A DNA stretch of 63,835 nt, filler included, from Hyphochytrium catenoides (taxonomy: Eukaryota; Protista; Hyphochytriomycota), in NCBI GenBank assembly GCA_900088475.1. It is 9 parts of 9 records of this genome, joined end to end, with 100 filler letters (N's around TTAATTAATTAA, not from the genome) between each part and the next. Parts side by side here need not be neighbours in the genome. Positions count along the whole stretch, not along the records: positions 1 to 19,346 come from FLMG01003963.1; positions 19,447 to 21,580 come from FLMG01000386.1; positions 21,681 to 28,435 come from FLMG01001061.1; 6 more parts are not named here. One strand, 5' to 3'. This document shows positions 11,603 through 23,381 of the stretch, in pieces; position 1 is the first letter of the stretch, and every line of letters starts with the position of its first letter. The position numbers and the translations under genes were made by a program. The notes below the pieces were generated by a model. That model was not told the origin of the DNA, ran no database searches, and saw nothing but the letters and a program-made list of their open reading frames with translations.

Positions 11603-12152
11603 ACAAACGAAAAGGCTTCCTATTTGTCTCTTAGGTATGATGTGGGTGGCTTCTGGGATAATGCTCTTATAAAAGTGATGTTGATGGTGGAAGAAGAAGA
11701 AAGGTTACTCTCCTCAAACGATCGTTCCCCATAGACGCGATTGGCAGAATGAGGAGGGAAGAACAGACAGACGAGGCCTCCAGGCCTCCAAGACCGTTGG
11801 CTTTGCTATAGTGCTTTCCTCCTCCTGAGCAATCTTACTATTGGCCTAATGAAGCACTATGATGCTTGGCTTCCTCTTCTCTCGCCGTCTGGTCTTCTCT
11901 GGGAGGACGTTGCCAAAAAAATACTACGCTGCTGGTGGACACCTGACGACTGCTGCTCGTTGTGCTTTCCGTCGATGATGAAGTAGGCGGTTCAAGGAAG
12001 GGATTAAGTTCGCGCAAATTATCATAAAAAGCCAATGACGACGGACTATCATCATCAATCTTCGACCACTTACAAGCAACAAAACAAAATGACTCTTTGT
12101 AAAATCCAGACTCTATAAATTTACAGCTGCAGTTGGGATGTTAGTAGGCTAC

Positions 12153-12183
12153 GCCTAACCCTAACATATAGCCTAACCCTAAC
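12153..12183. repeat. Short interstitial telomere-like CCCTAA motifs
   Basis: gcctaaccctaac occurs twice, at 12153-12165 and 12171-12183. Confidence 0.55.
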
Positions 12184-14991
12184 CATAGAGTTATAAAGGG
12201 GACAACCACCTAGGAAGCCCAAGTGCTACCCATTATCTGTGAAGGGCTACTATGGAGAATATCTAAGGAGGAGAAAGCCCCTAGCTGTATCTCTTTGATT
12301 CAAGGAACAAGTAAGCCTGATTGGAATGTGGGTTTAGTGAGGTACAGCTCTGGATTGCGACATTCATAGGAGCACTAGGGGTGAATATTGGGCAAGTGCA
12401 GAGGGGCTTTGAGGGGAACCATCCCGTTAATTCCTGCGGGCAAGGTACCCAAAGGGACTCGCATATCGTTTCCTTTTATGGTATGAACGATAATCATGGG
12501 ATGGCCTACCTAACTCTAAAATTCGGTAACAACAGCAATCAGAGAAACTATCCTCTTTTTGGGGAGGTGATACCTTTAATGCGACAGTTTAGGGTCACAG
12601 GTGCTCTGGATGGCGGTGACGCACTGCTGGACAAGGAAGAACACAGGATACGGGCCGTTAAAGAACTCTTCTGGGGCCCTTCTTTCCCGTCTCCTCCCTT
12701 CCAATAATGGCCAACATGGCGGGCTGCTGCCTTGATTTTATGGGAGAAGCAGGTGAAGGTTCACTCACCCTCAAGCTCCAGCTATCTATTGTTACTTATT
12801 ATAGTCACCAGCCCGCAGCATGGAATCTCTGAATATTCCGTAAAGTAGGAGCCTCTGTCACATAAAAGATAATACCTGTTGAGACCTTACTGATGATGAT
12901 CCTTGCTTTTCCTATTGAGACCTCCTCAGTGATAACCAACAACAGAATGCTCAAAGGGGATATACAGAATTTTGGATTCGGTTGTTATGTACAGCCGTAG
13001 TTCTATTCTAGCTGATGTCAAATGGTTTGACCAAGAGTTGGAATAACTTACTATAAAGGAAGAGCCTCTTTTTGAGGCCAAGAGGAACAATGGCAGTACC
13101 CTTGCACAGACATGATGCTGGTTGTCCGAGACACGTGCCAACATGAGTTAGCTGGTTGGGTTATGATGAGAGGAGGATCATGAGGAGATGAGGAGTCGTC
13201 CAGTACAAATGCCTGTTAATGTATCACTATTGCCTTATCTTCAATCGCATCATGGAGACGACTGCCTCATCTAAGCAGTCTCCTTGTAGAACAGATATGA
13301 CATTGCATAGGTTCGATATTAGTAATGTCTGACATCACTGTTTTGACTTACTGCATGTGACGAACGAACCACTAATAAAGGTCAAGAACTTTGTACCTGC
13401 TCCTCCCTTAAGTAAGGAGGAAGGTCATCCGTGCCTCCTTCCTGTACTAACTATTGAGCTGGGTAAGTTGCAGTGCAGTCAAAGTGCGGATCCAGTACAT
13501 CTTCTTCATCGTTATTCTTCTAGCCACCTTGATCGCTGCCGCCATTGGCCGTCTCGGTCAAGCTGGTGCGATGATCAACGATGAAACCAAGCAAACCTTC
13601 GCCTTTTGCACTCGACGTGTTAGAGTCTACATTCATCCTTATTAGCCTGCACTGCTGCTGCTCTGCACTACTTCTGGCCTCATAAAATAGATTTATTTCC
13701 TTTTCATACCGCTTGCCCCCCGTCTCTCCATCCGCCACCGCCAAAGTAATCGCTTCCTATGAAGTTGCGTCGTTGATTGGTCGACTGCGCCACAGTCAGC
13801 TCTGTACATATGCCCATGGCTGCTTCTTAGCCTTAATGGTTAACACACTCAATCAGTGGGTAAAGATGAGACTTCGTTAAGCTAAAGGCCTCCAAGGTAA
13901 ACTAAAGTGTCCCTGACATTTTCAGCCGTAACAAGTATAACTGGCCACCTGTTGCTATGGCGACTATGCTGTGCAGCTTGGACTTTGAATGACTGCTGGC
14001 TGTCCACCAGTTCTTAACTTTGACACCGAAGCATCTTGCCCTAGATAGAATCAGTTATATTGACTATTAGCACCAGTAAAGAATGGAGAAATCACCTAGC
14101 AGCAGACCCCGCAACTTTCTTCACTTCGCACCCAGTATCCAGCAGCAGCATGACCGCCCAACACCGCTCAGCTTTCCCTGTTATCGCCTTTCAGATGTCA
14201 AGTGCTGGGTTCTCCTTCGTCCTGTCAACTCCTCCTTCGACTCCTAATCTGGGAGGAAAAATTGATCGTACGCTCTATCTCCTCCTCCTTTGTCCTTCTC
14301 CTCCTTCTGTTTTGTCGTCTTCGTAAGTTCTAACTTTCTGCTCTCCCGATTCCTTCTGTTGATTGCCTCATTGTCTCTACAGCAGGTCCTTCGCCGGCCC
14401 CACGTTCTCTCAGTAAGTACTAGTAGAGTTTAATGCGTGTAAGGCTGGACATTGTACTTTATTTAGTTCTTAATTGGGGAACTAGCAAGCAGAGGTCTGG
14501 AGGAGCGAGTAACAATTTTGCTGTCAAAAGACATAAGTTCTACAACGCGCTGAGTATCTACACTCTCTTCTGTTTTGGCATCAGGCAGACTCAAAGCTCA
14601 GCCTCGGTTTCTTCGGCGTCTTCTCTTCATGCGACGATCCTGAAGCTGCAGTTTTTCAGTCGGAGGAGGTGAGACGATCCCATATTCTCCAAACTACAGT
14701 GACGCTTTGTCCAGCGAAGGGAGGAGGGGTGATGGGAGCCGGTAATTGCCCTTGTGAAGGTTGTCACACTTCTTCTGTATAATCGTCCATGGTCAAGATA
14801 GGAAGACAACTATCTCTTTAGAAATTGGAAGAGGACTTCAGCAGGCATTGTTCCTACTGCTTTACCCGGTGCTGAGTAGTCCATGAAGAGAATGCTGTAA
14901 CAAGCAAAGAAGGTGTTGCCTCGTTGGGATACTGCTTAGTAGACCTTTCCAGAAGAGAAGAATAGGAATCATCCTGCAGTGCATTGGCGAC

Positions 14992-16473
14992 ATGCCTCGA
15001 AAGAGAACTGTCGATCCGTCAGATGCTGAATACGTGCGCAAGAAGCGGTCTATACACAGCGCCAGGGAGAAGAAAAGGGTGAAAAAAATAGGAGAAGCGT
15101 TCAGCACTCTGCGGTTGCAGGTGGCGGCAATGGGCTATGGAGACCATCGCAGCCAGCTTGCCGTCCTTCTCAGGGCTTTGCAAATGGTGCAAGACATGGC
15201 TCGGGCTATAGCAGCTTTGCACAGGGAGATTGAGCTCTCCCAACGTACGGGGAGTTCAAAAGCCGAACCGTTGGTTGAACCGCAAGGACACGTCTCAATC
15301 GACATCTATGGAACGGCCAAGGCTAGCTTGCAAAGGTACAGGCATGTCGATACCTCGGCCATGGGTGAGTCTTCGGCATCTCAATCTTCTCCCCCCATTG
15401 ATCTTCCCTTGCACCCGGGGTGCGGCAGCTCAGTGCCGCCCACCGGGGAACCCCATTTGGCTCCAAGGGGAAAGGGAGAGGAAAGTAGGGTTGGTGACAC
15501 CGTCTTGCGACGACAGCCATCATTCTCTAATGACTGTGGGATAAACTCATCGGAAAAGAAGCCTTTTCTTCTACCGGCAACTTCATTGCAAGCACCGGTN
15601 NNNNNNNNNNNNNNNNNNNNNNNNNNNNNNNNNNNNNNNNNNNNNNNNNNNNNNNNNNNNNNNAGAGCAGAAGCGTTGCTGACAAGCGTGAAAAACGTTC
15701 CGTTTCAGCAGCAGCAGCCCGTGACGTTTGACATTGACACAATATTACGATATAAGAGAAGGAATAATGCAGAGCTCATGGCAAGTGAGGATACATCCAC
15801 AAAACCAGGTGCTGCACACTGCGGTAAGATGGCTCAACGACAATGTTTTCCTCTTTTCTCGGAGTGCCCTCCTACACTCCCTTATCAAGCGACTGCCTGC
15901 AGCAGCCACCAACAGTCCTATGGTCACCAAGCAACAATGGAGACTTCTGTTCCCATTCTTCCAGGGCTGCGGGGACTGCTTCCTATTACTACGTCTCAAC
16001 ACCTTCTTACCCCTCTTTCATGCTCTCCGGAGGCTCCTCTTTCATGCTCTCTGGAGGCTTCTCTTTTCAATAGTCTAGTTGACGACCTCGGTCCTCCCAT
16101 GCTTTGTTACGGCTTACTTGGCGATGACGGCAGTGCCTACTGCCTCCCTGCATCAGCTTTGCCTACCTCCTTACCGACAGGACATTGCTTCGCGAAGCAA
16201 GACCTTGTTCGATCTGAGACAGCAGAGAAGTCGCCTGGTAGTGTTCGAACGTCAAGCTCCGTCTGTGCTAAAGATATCATCCACCACTCAGAGGTACAAT
16301 CGACAGTATTAGGAAGAAACCAAAACGAGGCCAGTGGACTTGGTGCTGCTGATGCGACTACCAGAGAGAACAACCCTAGTAGTACGGGAGCAGAAGGGAA
16401 TATGATGGATGACTCCCAAAAAGACCAGCACCAAGCGATAGCTGCAGATCCAATTGCCCTACTTCTAGCGTAA
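14992..16473 (+). CDS. bHLH transcription factor 2 (N-terminal bHLH; internal N gap)
   Basis: RKKRSIHSAREKKRVKKIGEAFSTLRLQV...SQLAVLLRALQMVQDM is a basic-HLH followed by a long low-complexity tail. The frame is open on both sides of the gap at 15600-15663. Confidence 0.8.
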   Translation: MPRKRTVDPSDAEYVRKKRSIHSAREKKRVKKIGEAFSTLRLQVAAMGYGDHRSQLAVLLRALQMVQDMARAIAALHREIELSQRTGSSKAEPLVEPQGHVSIDIYGTAKASLQRYRHVDTSAMGESSASQSSPPIDLPLHPGCGSSVPPTGEPHLAPRGKGEESRVGDTVLRRQPSFSNDCGINSSEKKPFLLPATSLQAPXXXXXXXXXXXXXXXXXXXXXXRAEALLTSVKNVPFQQQQPVTFDIDTILRYKRRNNAELMASEDTSTKPGAAHCGKMAQRQCFPLFSECPPTLPYQATACSSHQQSYGHQATMETSVPILPGLRGLLPITTSQHLLTPLSCSPEAPLSCSLEASLFNSLVDDLGPPMLCYGLLGDDGSAYCLPASALPTSLPTGHCFAKQDLVRSETAEKSPGSVRTSSSVCAKDIIHHSEVQSTVLGRNQNEASGLGAADATTRENNPSSTGAEGNMMDDSQKDQHQAIAADPIALLLA

Positions 16474-19346
16474 ATAAAAGGTTTTTGGCAGTATCACTTC
16501 TGCTCCATATACTCTCTTTTGGACTAGATAGTTCTTATGCTAGGACTTCTGGTGAGGCCGTTGACTGGCGGGCTCGCTCACCGGAAAAAATCATATTTCT
16601 GCTTGCTGGGAGATTAGGTCTTACTCTGCGGAAATGGGTGACGTTGTCCAGGAACACTAACGAACAACCTTCTGGTGATGGGATAGATGCAAGATGATGA
16701 TGGAGGGGCAAACGAGAAAAGTAACTCCGAAGGAACGGCACAGGAGGACGACACTGCTTTTGACCTTTCTTTGTGGCTTATTCTCCGGCCACCCGCTCCC
16801 TCTATGTAAACCTATGACTGGCCGCACCTATCTCAAGCCGATGAAGGGGAAGCGGTCAGCTATATCGATAGAAAAGACGTTTGGGACCTTCTCCTGAAAG
16901 TATCATCAGAGTCAAGACTGCTGCCTCTAAAATGGCAGTATACCTCTTCATGATTAACAGAAGCACAACAACTAGCTCCGGGTAAAGCACCTTGTTCAGC
17001 AAACTTCGAAGGCCATCTGCGATGAGCCTCTTCACTAGCTGGTGCCGCTTGCTGTTGCTCTCCAGGCACCTTCTACTGATGCTCTTAGATGTGTCTATCA
17101 GTCTGGGTTGGTGAGAAGAACTTCCTTATTTCCCCTAATGATCAAGCCTTGCTCTCTCCCATTGCAAGACAAAGTAGCCCCACCAAACGACCTCTATCCT
17201 TTCTTGTTTGCTCTCGCCGAGTGGATGTTGGGAGGGTTTCTTTGTACTCCTGCACGATCCATCAATTTCTATCTCTTCTTCTCAAGTCATCATCAATTGT
17301 TCTTTCTTCGCTGGCTGCGCCGCCATAATAGTAGTACTAACTTGTCTAGCGCCAGGACCAATCGACCGACCAAAAATTTGATCAGCAAAAAAGCTCTTCT
17401 TCCTTCCTATTGTGACGGCACGGTTCTTCTTCTTCGTCCGTCCGCTCCTTCTACTTCCTTCATCATCGCAAGGCATCATCTTCTACTGCAGACTACCTTC
17501 AAATCTTGGTCAACAAGAAGGGTTCCAAGGCCCGTCAACAGCCAATGGACAACCCTTATCCAGTTCAGATCAACTTTATAATAACCACCGCAGATGAACG
17601 GCGAAGCCAACAAATGCTCACCTCAACGCTTTATTAAGGTAAAGAATCTAAGAAGTTCCTGCTCTTGTTAGAACAGAAGATAAGCTCGAATGTCTTAGGT
17701 TGCCCTAAATAATCACAGCAACGTTCCCGATAGTTGTTGATGGATGATGGTTGTTAACCGCCTGTCGCATAATAAATACAATACAGGTACCAGCTGGCGG
17801 CCTTATCGGCCCCCCACCAACGAGCTGGTAGATAAGAATTACCTGTGAACACTGTTGTTTTGGTGGGATCAACCTTCTCCCTATCGTCGCATAAATCTAT
17901 GCTTTATTTTATAATTTAGCTCTATGTTCACTGACAGCAGAAGCCTACAAATAACCTTGCGAAGGCGCTCTCTGTATTTGATATGGTCAGAGCCCTTCAC
18001 TTCTTGCCCTTCTTTTATGGGGTGGGGGTCCAGTGTTGCTGCTGTCCGCATTTCCTCTCTTTGGTGAACTAGAATTTTATAAGAAGTGGAAAGAACCTTA
18101 TTACTATTATTACTCCTGCCATGCTCGGATAGGCTGTTTCGTTTGGTCTTTGTGATGGCCCTACCATCTTCATTCTCCCCTCGCTGTTGTTAGAAGTTCT
18201 ATTTACTTAGTCGGTCTTGTGGGGTCTTGTAGGAAGGGAGACAAAAAGAAGAACGAAGACTCTGACACAAGTCGACGGAAAGACCAGCTATTTGCAGCAA
18301 AAGCAGCAGAAGAGAGAGCCAGGCTTTAGGTTTAGTTCTATTTGTTGGTCAAAGAGGTAGTTGCAACTTATTAGCAGCGAATAGATAGACGAGAATTAAG
18401 AATAGGGTGGAGTAGTAGACCACAGCAGAAGTGGACCAAACAGCGGGACAAGAGAAGAAGAGGAGGCTGTAAGGCCTTTATATCCCTTACGAGATGGGCT
18501 TACGGGATGGATGGATTATGGGGTAAGAAGAAGAGCGAATGTGTAAAATAATGGTGGCAGTAAAGTCACAGTGACGGAAGCTCAACAATGAGGCATCGTG
18601 GGTAGATGTGGAATTCTGCTGGAGAACCCAGTCAAGACAAGTTATAATAATAGAGGGAGGATGCTGGAATGGGATCTTTTCCTCTGCCTTGGTTGCTGCT
18701 GGCTACGATGGCATTGTGCTGCAGTTTCGAAGAAAAGAGTCGCGTTCAGAAGAACCTGGAACCTTCCAAAAGTATCAAAATGGGATGAAGAAGGAAGCGA
18801 TCCAGCATTGGTGAGACGAACGCGCACAATCCTGGCGGGTAAGCGGCCTTATTGTCTTGGACGAAGGGGGCAAGGGTCAGAACTTGCTTCACGTGAGGAA
18901 CACGACGAGGCATTGTATGAGACAATGGTTCTTTTTGGTGGCTCCATTAGTGTGACATCATCCAATAAAGGCTGCCCCCGCCACCACTGCTGTCTCTTAT
19001 ATTAAATTGTGTCGCAATAGCCAGGACTGTGAGGACAGAGGACTTAGCCACAGCCCTAAGGTAGAAGGGTGTGAGGAATGGTAGCAATGCTCCTCCCTGA
19101 CCTTCTCGTTCTGACTAATATCAGCTAGTAGGGAGATACTATATAGTGTCCAATCTCTCTTTATCCATGTCTAAAGAACCTTCGTTCCAATCTACTTCTG
19201 TCAATTCCTAGCACCTCCACCTCATACATCTTTCTAAACCTTGCTTAGGACACCCATCCTTCCTGGCGCCCTTCTCGCCCTCTTCCTTTGCTTCTTCACC
19301 ACAAGTCTCCCTTCATCATCGTAGTCCTATATGTTCTCTAAAGACA

Positions 19347-19446
19347 NNNNNNNNNNNNNNNNNNNNNNNNNNNNNNNNNNNNNNNNNNNNTTAATTAATT
19401 AANNNNNNNNNNNNNNNNNNNNNNNNNNNNNNNNNNNNNNNNNNNN
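19347..19446. other. Artificial scaffold-joining spacer
   Basis: 44 N + TTAATTAATTAA (stops in all six frames) + 44 N. Confidence 0.97.
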
Positions 19447-21525
19447 CAGCAAGGAGCTTGATAAAGGTTACCACGTACTTTTTACCCAAGATGGACAGGC
19501 CTATTATCTACCGCCTAAACCTCTATCTCAGCTGCTTTCTGTTGCACAAACCAGTACCCTTGGCGAACGCATTGGGAATCTCTTTTACGTGACGGGCTCT
19601 ACCTTAACGGACTCTACTCCAGCAAGCAGTTCTCCCAGTGCCTACACCACCTTATCCGATACTGAGACAATAGACCCTTCTGCTTCCGCTATCANNNNNN
19701 NNNNNNNNNNCGTAAAACACAACGCCCCCTTCAACTCGTCCACTCCGATGTTGGCATTGTCAATACACTTAGCCTTGGTGGTCATCGTTACAATGTGGTT
19801 TTCGTCGATGACTATACTCGTCGAGTTTTTCTATATCTCATGAAGAATAAGAGTGAAGTCATCACTCCCCTCGACACCTTCATCAAGATGGCTGGGCGCC
19901 AAACAGGACTTAAAGTTCAACGTATTCGGAGCGACCGAGGTGGGGAATACTGCTCAGAGGCTATGAAGGAGTATTGCAAGACACGTGGCATTCTACATGA
20001 GCTTACAGCTCCATACAGTCCAGCGCAGAACGGAGTTGCCGAGCGACGCCAGAGAACTCTTGCGGAGTCTGCCCGGTGCATGCTACATGCTGCCAAGCTA
20101 CCGCCCTCCTTTTGGAGTGAAGCTTTGTTAACGGCTGCATACGTAGGAATTGCATACGTAGGTAATCTCTCCCCAACAAGCGCCTTACATGGCGCAACTC
20201 CCTATGAAAAATGGTTCAATCCGGACGTTAGTCATCTCCGTGTCTTTGGTTGTCTTGCCTATGCACTCGTACCGGACTCGAAGAGACAGAAAATGGACCC
20301 CAAGTCAAAGCCTTACATATTCGTTGGGTACCCAGACAACTCAAAGGCCTATCGACTTTATGACAGAGAGAGTGGTACCATCATCATTGAGCGTAGGGAT
20401 GTTGTGTTCGCTGAAGGGGAATTTGGTTCGCTACTTCAAACCTCGCCTCAGCTGCGTGACTCTGTACTCCATCTCTTCGATGTACTTAGCGAGGAAGACA
20501 GCTCCCTCCCCAACAATTCGACTCGTAAAGGGGATTCTGATCAACATATGTCCATCCAAGTGACTCCCCCCAACGATACCTCGCCAAACAACCCGATACT
20601 GCAGCCCGCCCCTTGCCAACCCCTGAACCAGAAGACACAGTAAGCGATACCGACAATTCAGCTTCGATAGATCCGTGTTCGCCTCCCGATGACCGTTGCG
20701 AAAACCTGCGCGTTTGCCCAGACAGTCTACAAGAACCCCTTGTCCAAACCCCAGTACGAGCTACTGATTACCCACAACAAGTACCTCCCTCCCGCATTCC
20801 GCTTTTCAAACGCCGACTTCAACAAGAAGACTCTATTTTCTCCATGGCTAATAATCACCTTGGCAACTCCTTATCACCCAATGAACCCCGAACGATAGAG
20901 GAGGCTCTTTCTGGACCGGATGCGTCGGAGTGGAACGCCGCTATCCTCAGTGAAATGGCATCTATGGAAGAACACGACGTTTGGGAACTCGTGTTAAACG
21001 TCCTCCAGGAGCAAACGTCATTGGGTGTAAATGGGTGTTTCGCGTAAAATATGGAAGTGATGGCACCATCGATCGCTATAAGGCGCGACTCGTTGCTCAA
21101 GGCTAAAATCAGAAACAGGGGATTGATTACAACGAGGTCTTCGCTCTAGTGGTCAGCTATGAGTCCGTCCGATGTATCCTCTCTTTAGCAGCGATGTATG
21201 ACTTTGAGATTCATCATCTGGATACTCGAACTGCCTTTCTCCATGGAGATCTTGACGAGACCATATACATGCGTCGTCAACCGACCCCCGGGATTCACTC
21301 AACCAGGACAGGAACATCTGGTTTGTAAGCTCAAGCGCAGCATTTATGGGCTCAAACAAAGTCCTCGCCAATGGAACAAAGTATTAGACAGTTATCTTCG
21401 TGACAACGGATTTGACCCCAGCTTGTGTGAACCTTGCGTCTACATCAACGGGTCCGGGGAGGATGGCAAGCCGACCATCGTTTCACTTTCGTAGACGACC
21501 TGTTGATCTTCCCGCCAAGCAACAA
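19447..21525 (+). mobile_element. Ty1/copia LTR retrotransposon pol fragment (integrase then reverse transcriptase), degenerate
   Basis: Integrase: LVHSDV, FVDDYTR, IRSDRGGEY, PYSPAQNGVAER, HLRVFGC, FVGYP. RT: GCKWVFRVK, YKARLVAQG, TAFLHGDL, LKRSIYGLKQSPRQW, FVDDLLI. IN-before-RT order defines copia. Stops and frameshifts are present. Confidence 0.95.
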
Positions 21526-21580
21526 TCGTGCGGATCTGTTGGATTATATGGGATGATTGGACAATGTCATTATATGAGAG

Positions 21581-21680
21581 NNNNNNNNNNNNNNNNNNNN
21601 NNNNNNNNNNNNNNNNNNNNNNNNTTAATTAATTAANNNNNNNNNNNNNNNNNNNNNNNNNNNNNNNNNNNNNNNNNNNN
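21581..21680. other. Artificial scaffold-joining spacer
   Basis: 44 N + TTAATTAATTAA + 44 N. Confidence 0.97.
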
Positions 21681-22444
21681 GCGACTCCAGAAGTTGAGGA
21701 GGAGGCTGCCAGGGAAGAGACAGAGCGAATGGATAAAGATTAGAAGAGGTAAGTGAGAGAAAGAGTGAGAGAGAGCAGGGAGGAGATAGGGCGAACGAAA
21801 GCGAGAGATTTGGTTTGATGGTGAGAGAGAGACAGAAGAAGAGACCATCAGATGGACCAAAGAGAGAGAGGGAGGGGGCGAGAGAGAGACAGAGAGAGAC
21901 AGAGAGAGAGAGAGAGTAGATGGACGCTTGCGGGTTCCACCTGAAAGATAGTGTTAGCAAACTCTGGGAGTTCAAGTTTCCGTCGAATGGCCGTGATAGC
22001 CAACTGAAGAGATGCCGCCACTGTCCGTTGGTCGCCGGGGAGAGAGCCCGCGGACTTTTCTTCTCCAGTGTTGGCATGAGAGAGAGAGGAGGACGCAAGA
22101 GGAGTCGAGGGCTCTTCTGCTCGGTTATTCTGGGAACGAACGGCGCGCGTGTCTGTCGCTTTTGTCTGCAGATAGTCCAGAACTTGACTTCGGCGGAAGC
22201 TTTTCGCTCTTGTCTCTCTTCTTTTCTTCTTCTCTCTCTCTTTATTCAACAGTCTTTTCTCTCCTGCGGTTCCTGGAGTGTCGCTCGGATTGGAGGCGAG
22301 TGGAGGCAGGAGAGAGGGAGGCAGCGTAAGACCAGTCGTCCCTTCTCTTTCTTTCTCTTCAACACACTCTGGTGAGGTGTGGGGCGAGGACTGCGGAGCG
22401 CCTCCGGGAAGTTGGCCCTGGCTTCCCCAGTAGAAGGCGCTCAT
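21681..22444 (-). CDS. 5' part of a spliced hypothetical protein, truncated by the scaffold end
   Basis: MSAFYWGSQG...PEFANTIFQ ends at a CAG|GTGGAA donor, followed by a CT-rich intron and a short in-phase exon (PPPQLLES). Contains a basic patch, KEREKKKRR. No family recognised. Confidence 0.45.
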
Positions 22445-22631
22445 AGGAGAGAGAGAATCCCTGTGGCTGGCGGTGTGGAGAGGGGAAAATAGAGAGAGAG
22501 AGAGAGAAGGGTCAAAGAAAGAGAGCTAGGAAGAGTCCGTGCATCGGGTCAGAACAAGGGGAATAGAGGAATATCTGGAGAAGTAGGAGACAGGAAAGGG
22601 AGACGATGAGCTTCAGAGAAGTGGATTGGGA

Positions 22632-22662
<31 letters not shown>

Positions 22663-23074
22663 TTGATGAGCAAGAGAGAGACCTACGGGGGCGGACTTTA
22701 AATCAGAGGGAAGAAGGAGGCGGGTGGCGGTGTTAGAGTGACACGGTGTGGGCCATAGTGACCGCCCTCAGCCTGGTGAAGGAAAGAAGAGCGAACGAGA
22801 AGGACAGAGCGAGAGACAATAAAACAGGAGGCGCAGATGGTACTGTTAGATACTCGCATGTAATGCGGACAGTAGGCGAGAGGAAATGTGGAGAGGGACT
22901 TGGGAGCAAGGAGGAGATAGATTAATGGATAGATACATAGATAGATAGAGGTAATAAAGGAGAAAAGAAGAGAGAGAGAGGGAGACTATGTGTGTGGGAG
23001 AGGCTATGTACGAGGAAGAGAGAGAGACACAGGAAGGAGAGCTAGAGCGAGAGCTAGAGAGAGCTAGAGAGAGC

Positions 23075-23114
<40 letters not shown>

Positions 23115-23381
23115 AGAGAAAGAGAGAAAAAAAAGAGGGAAAAGAGAAAGAGAGAGAGGACAAGAGAGTAAAGAAAGTCGTTACAGCTCTGTAATCGATG
23201 TCGTAAATAAATTATTGCTGATATCAGAATAATATGAATGATATTCTGAATATACGAGGGAAAGAGCCAGAAAGAGAGCCAGGACGTGCGTTGTTTCGAA
23301 AGTGCACTCTCTCCCCGGTATTGATATGATAGGCTTCTCCTTCTCCCCTCTCTCTTTCTCTCTCTCTCTGATCCTTCCTAC

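Noticed and set aside
12321-12707. 128-aa ORF between the bHLH genes
   Set aside because: Non-ATG start and no recognisable motif in the frames examined on either strand.
16010-16066. 24-bp tandem repeat in bHLH 2 (PLSCSPEA PLSCSLEA)
   Set aside because: Real, but an ordinary in-frame slippage duplication in a low-complexity tail.
19795-21494. Programmed frameshifting or readthrough in the copia pol
   Set aside because: Several independent stops and indels across integrase and RT indicate decay or sequencing error, not recoding.
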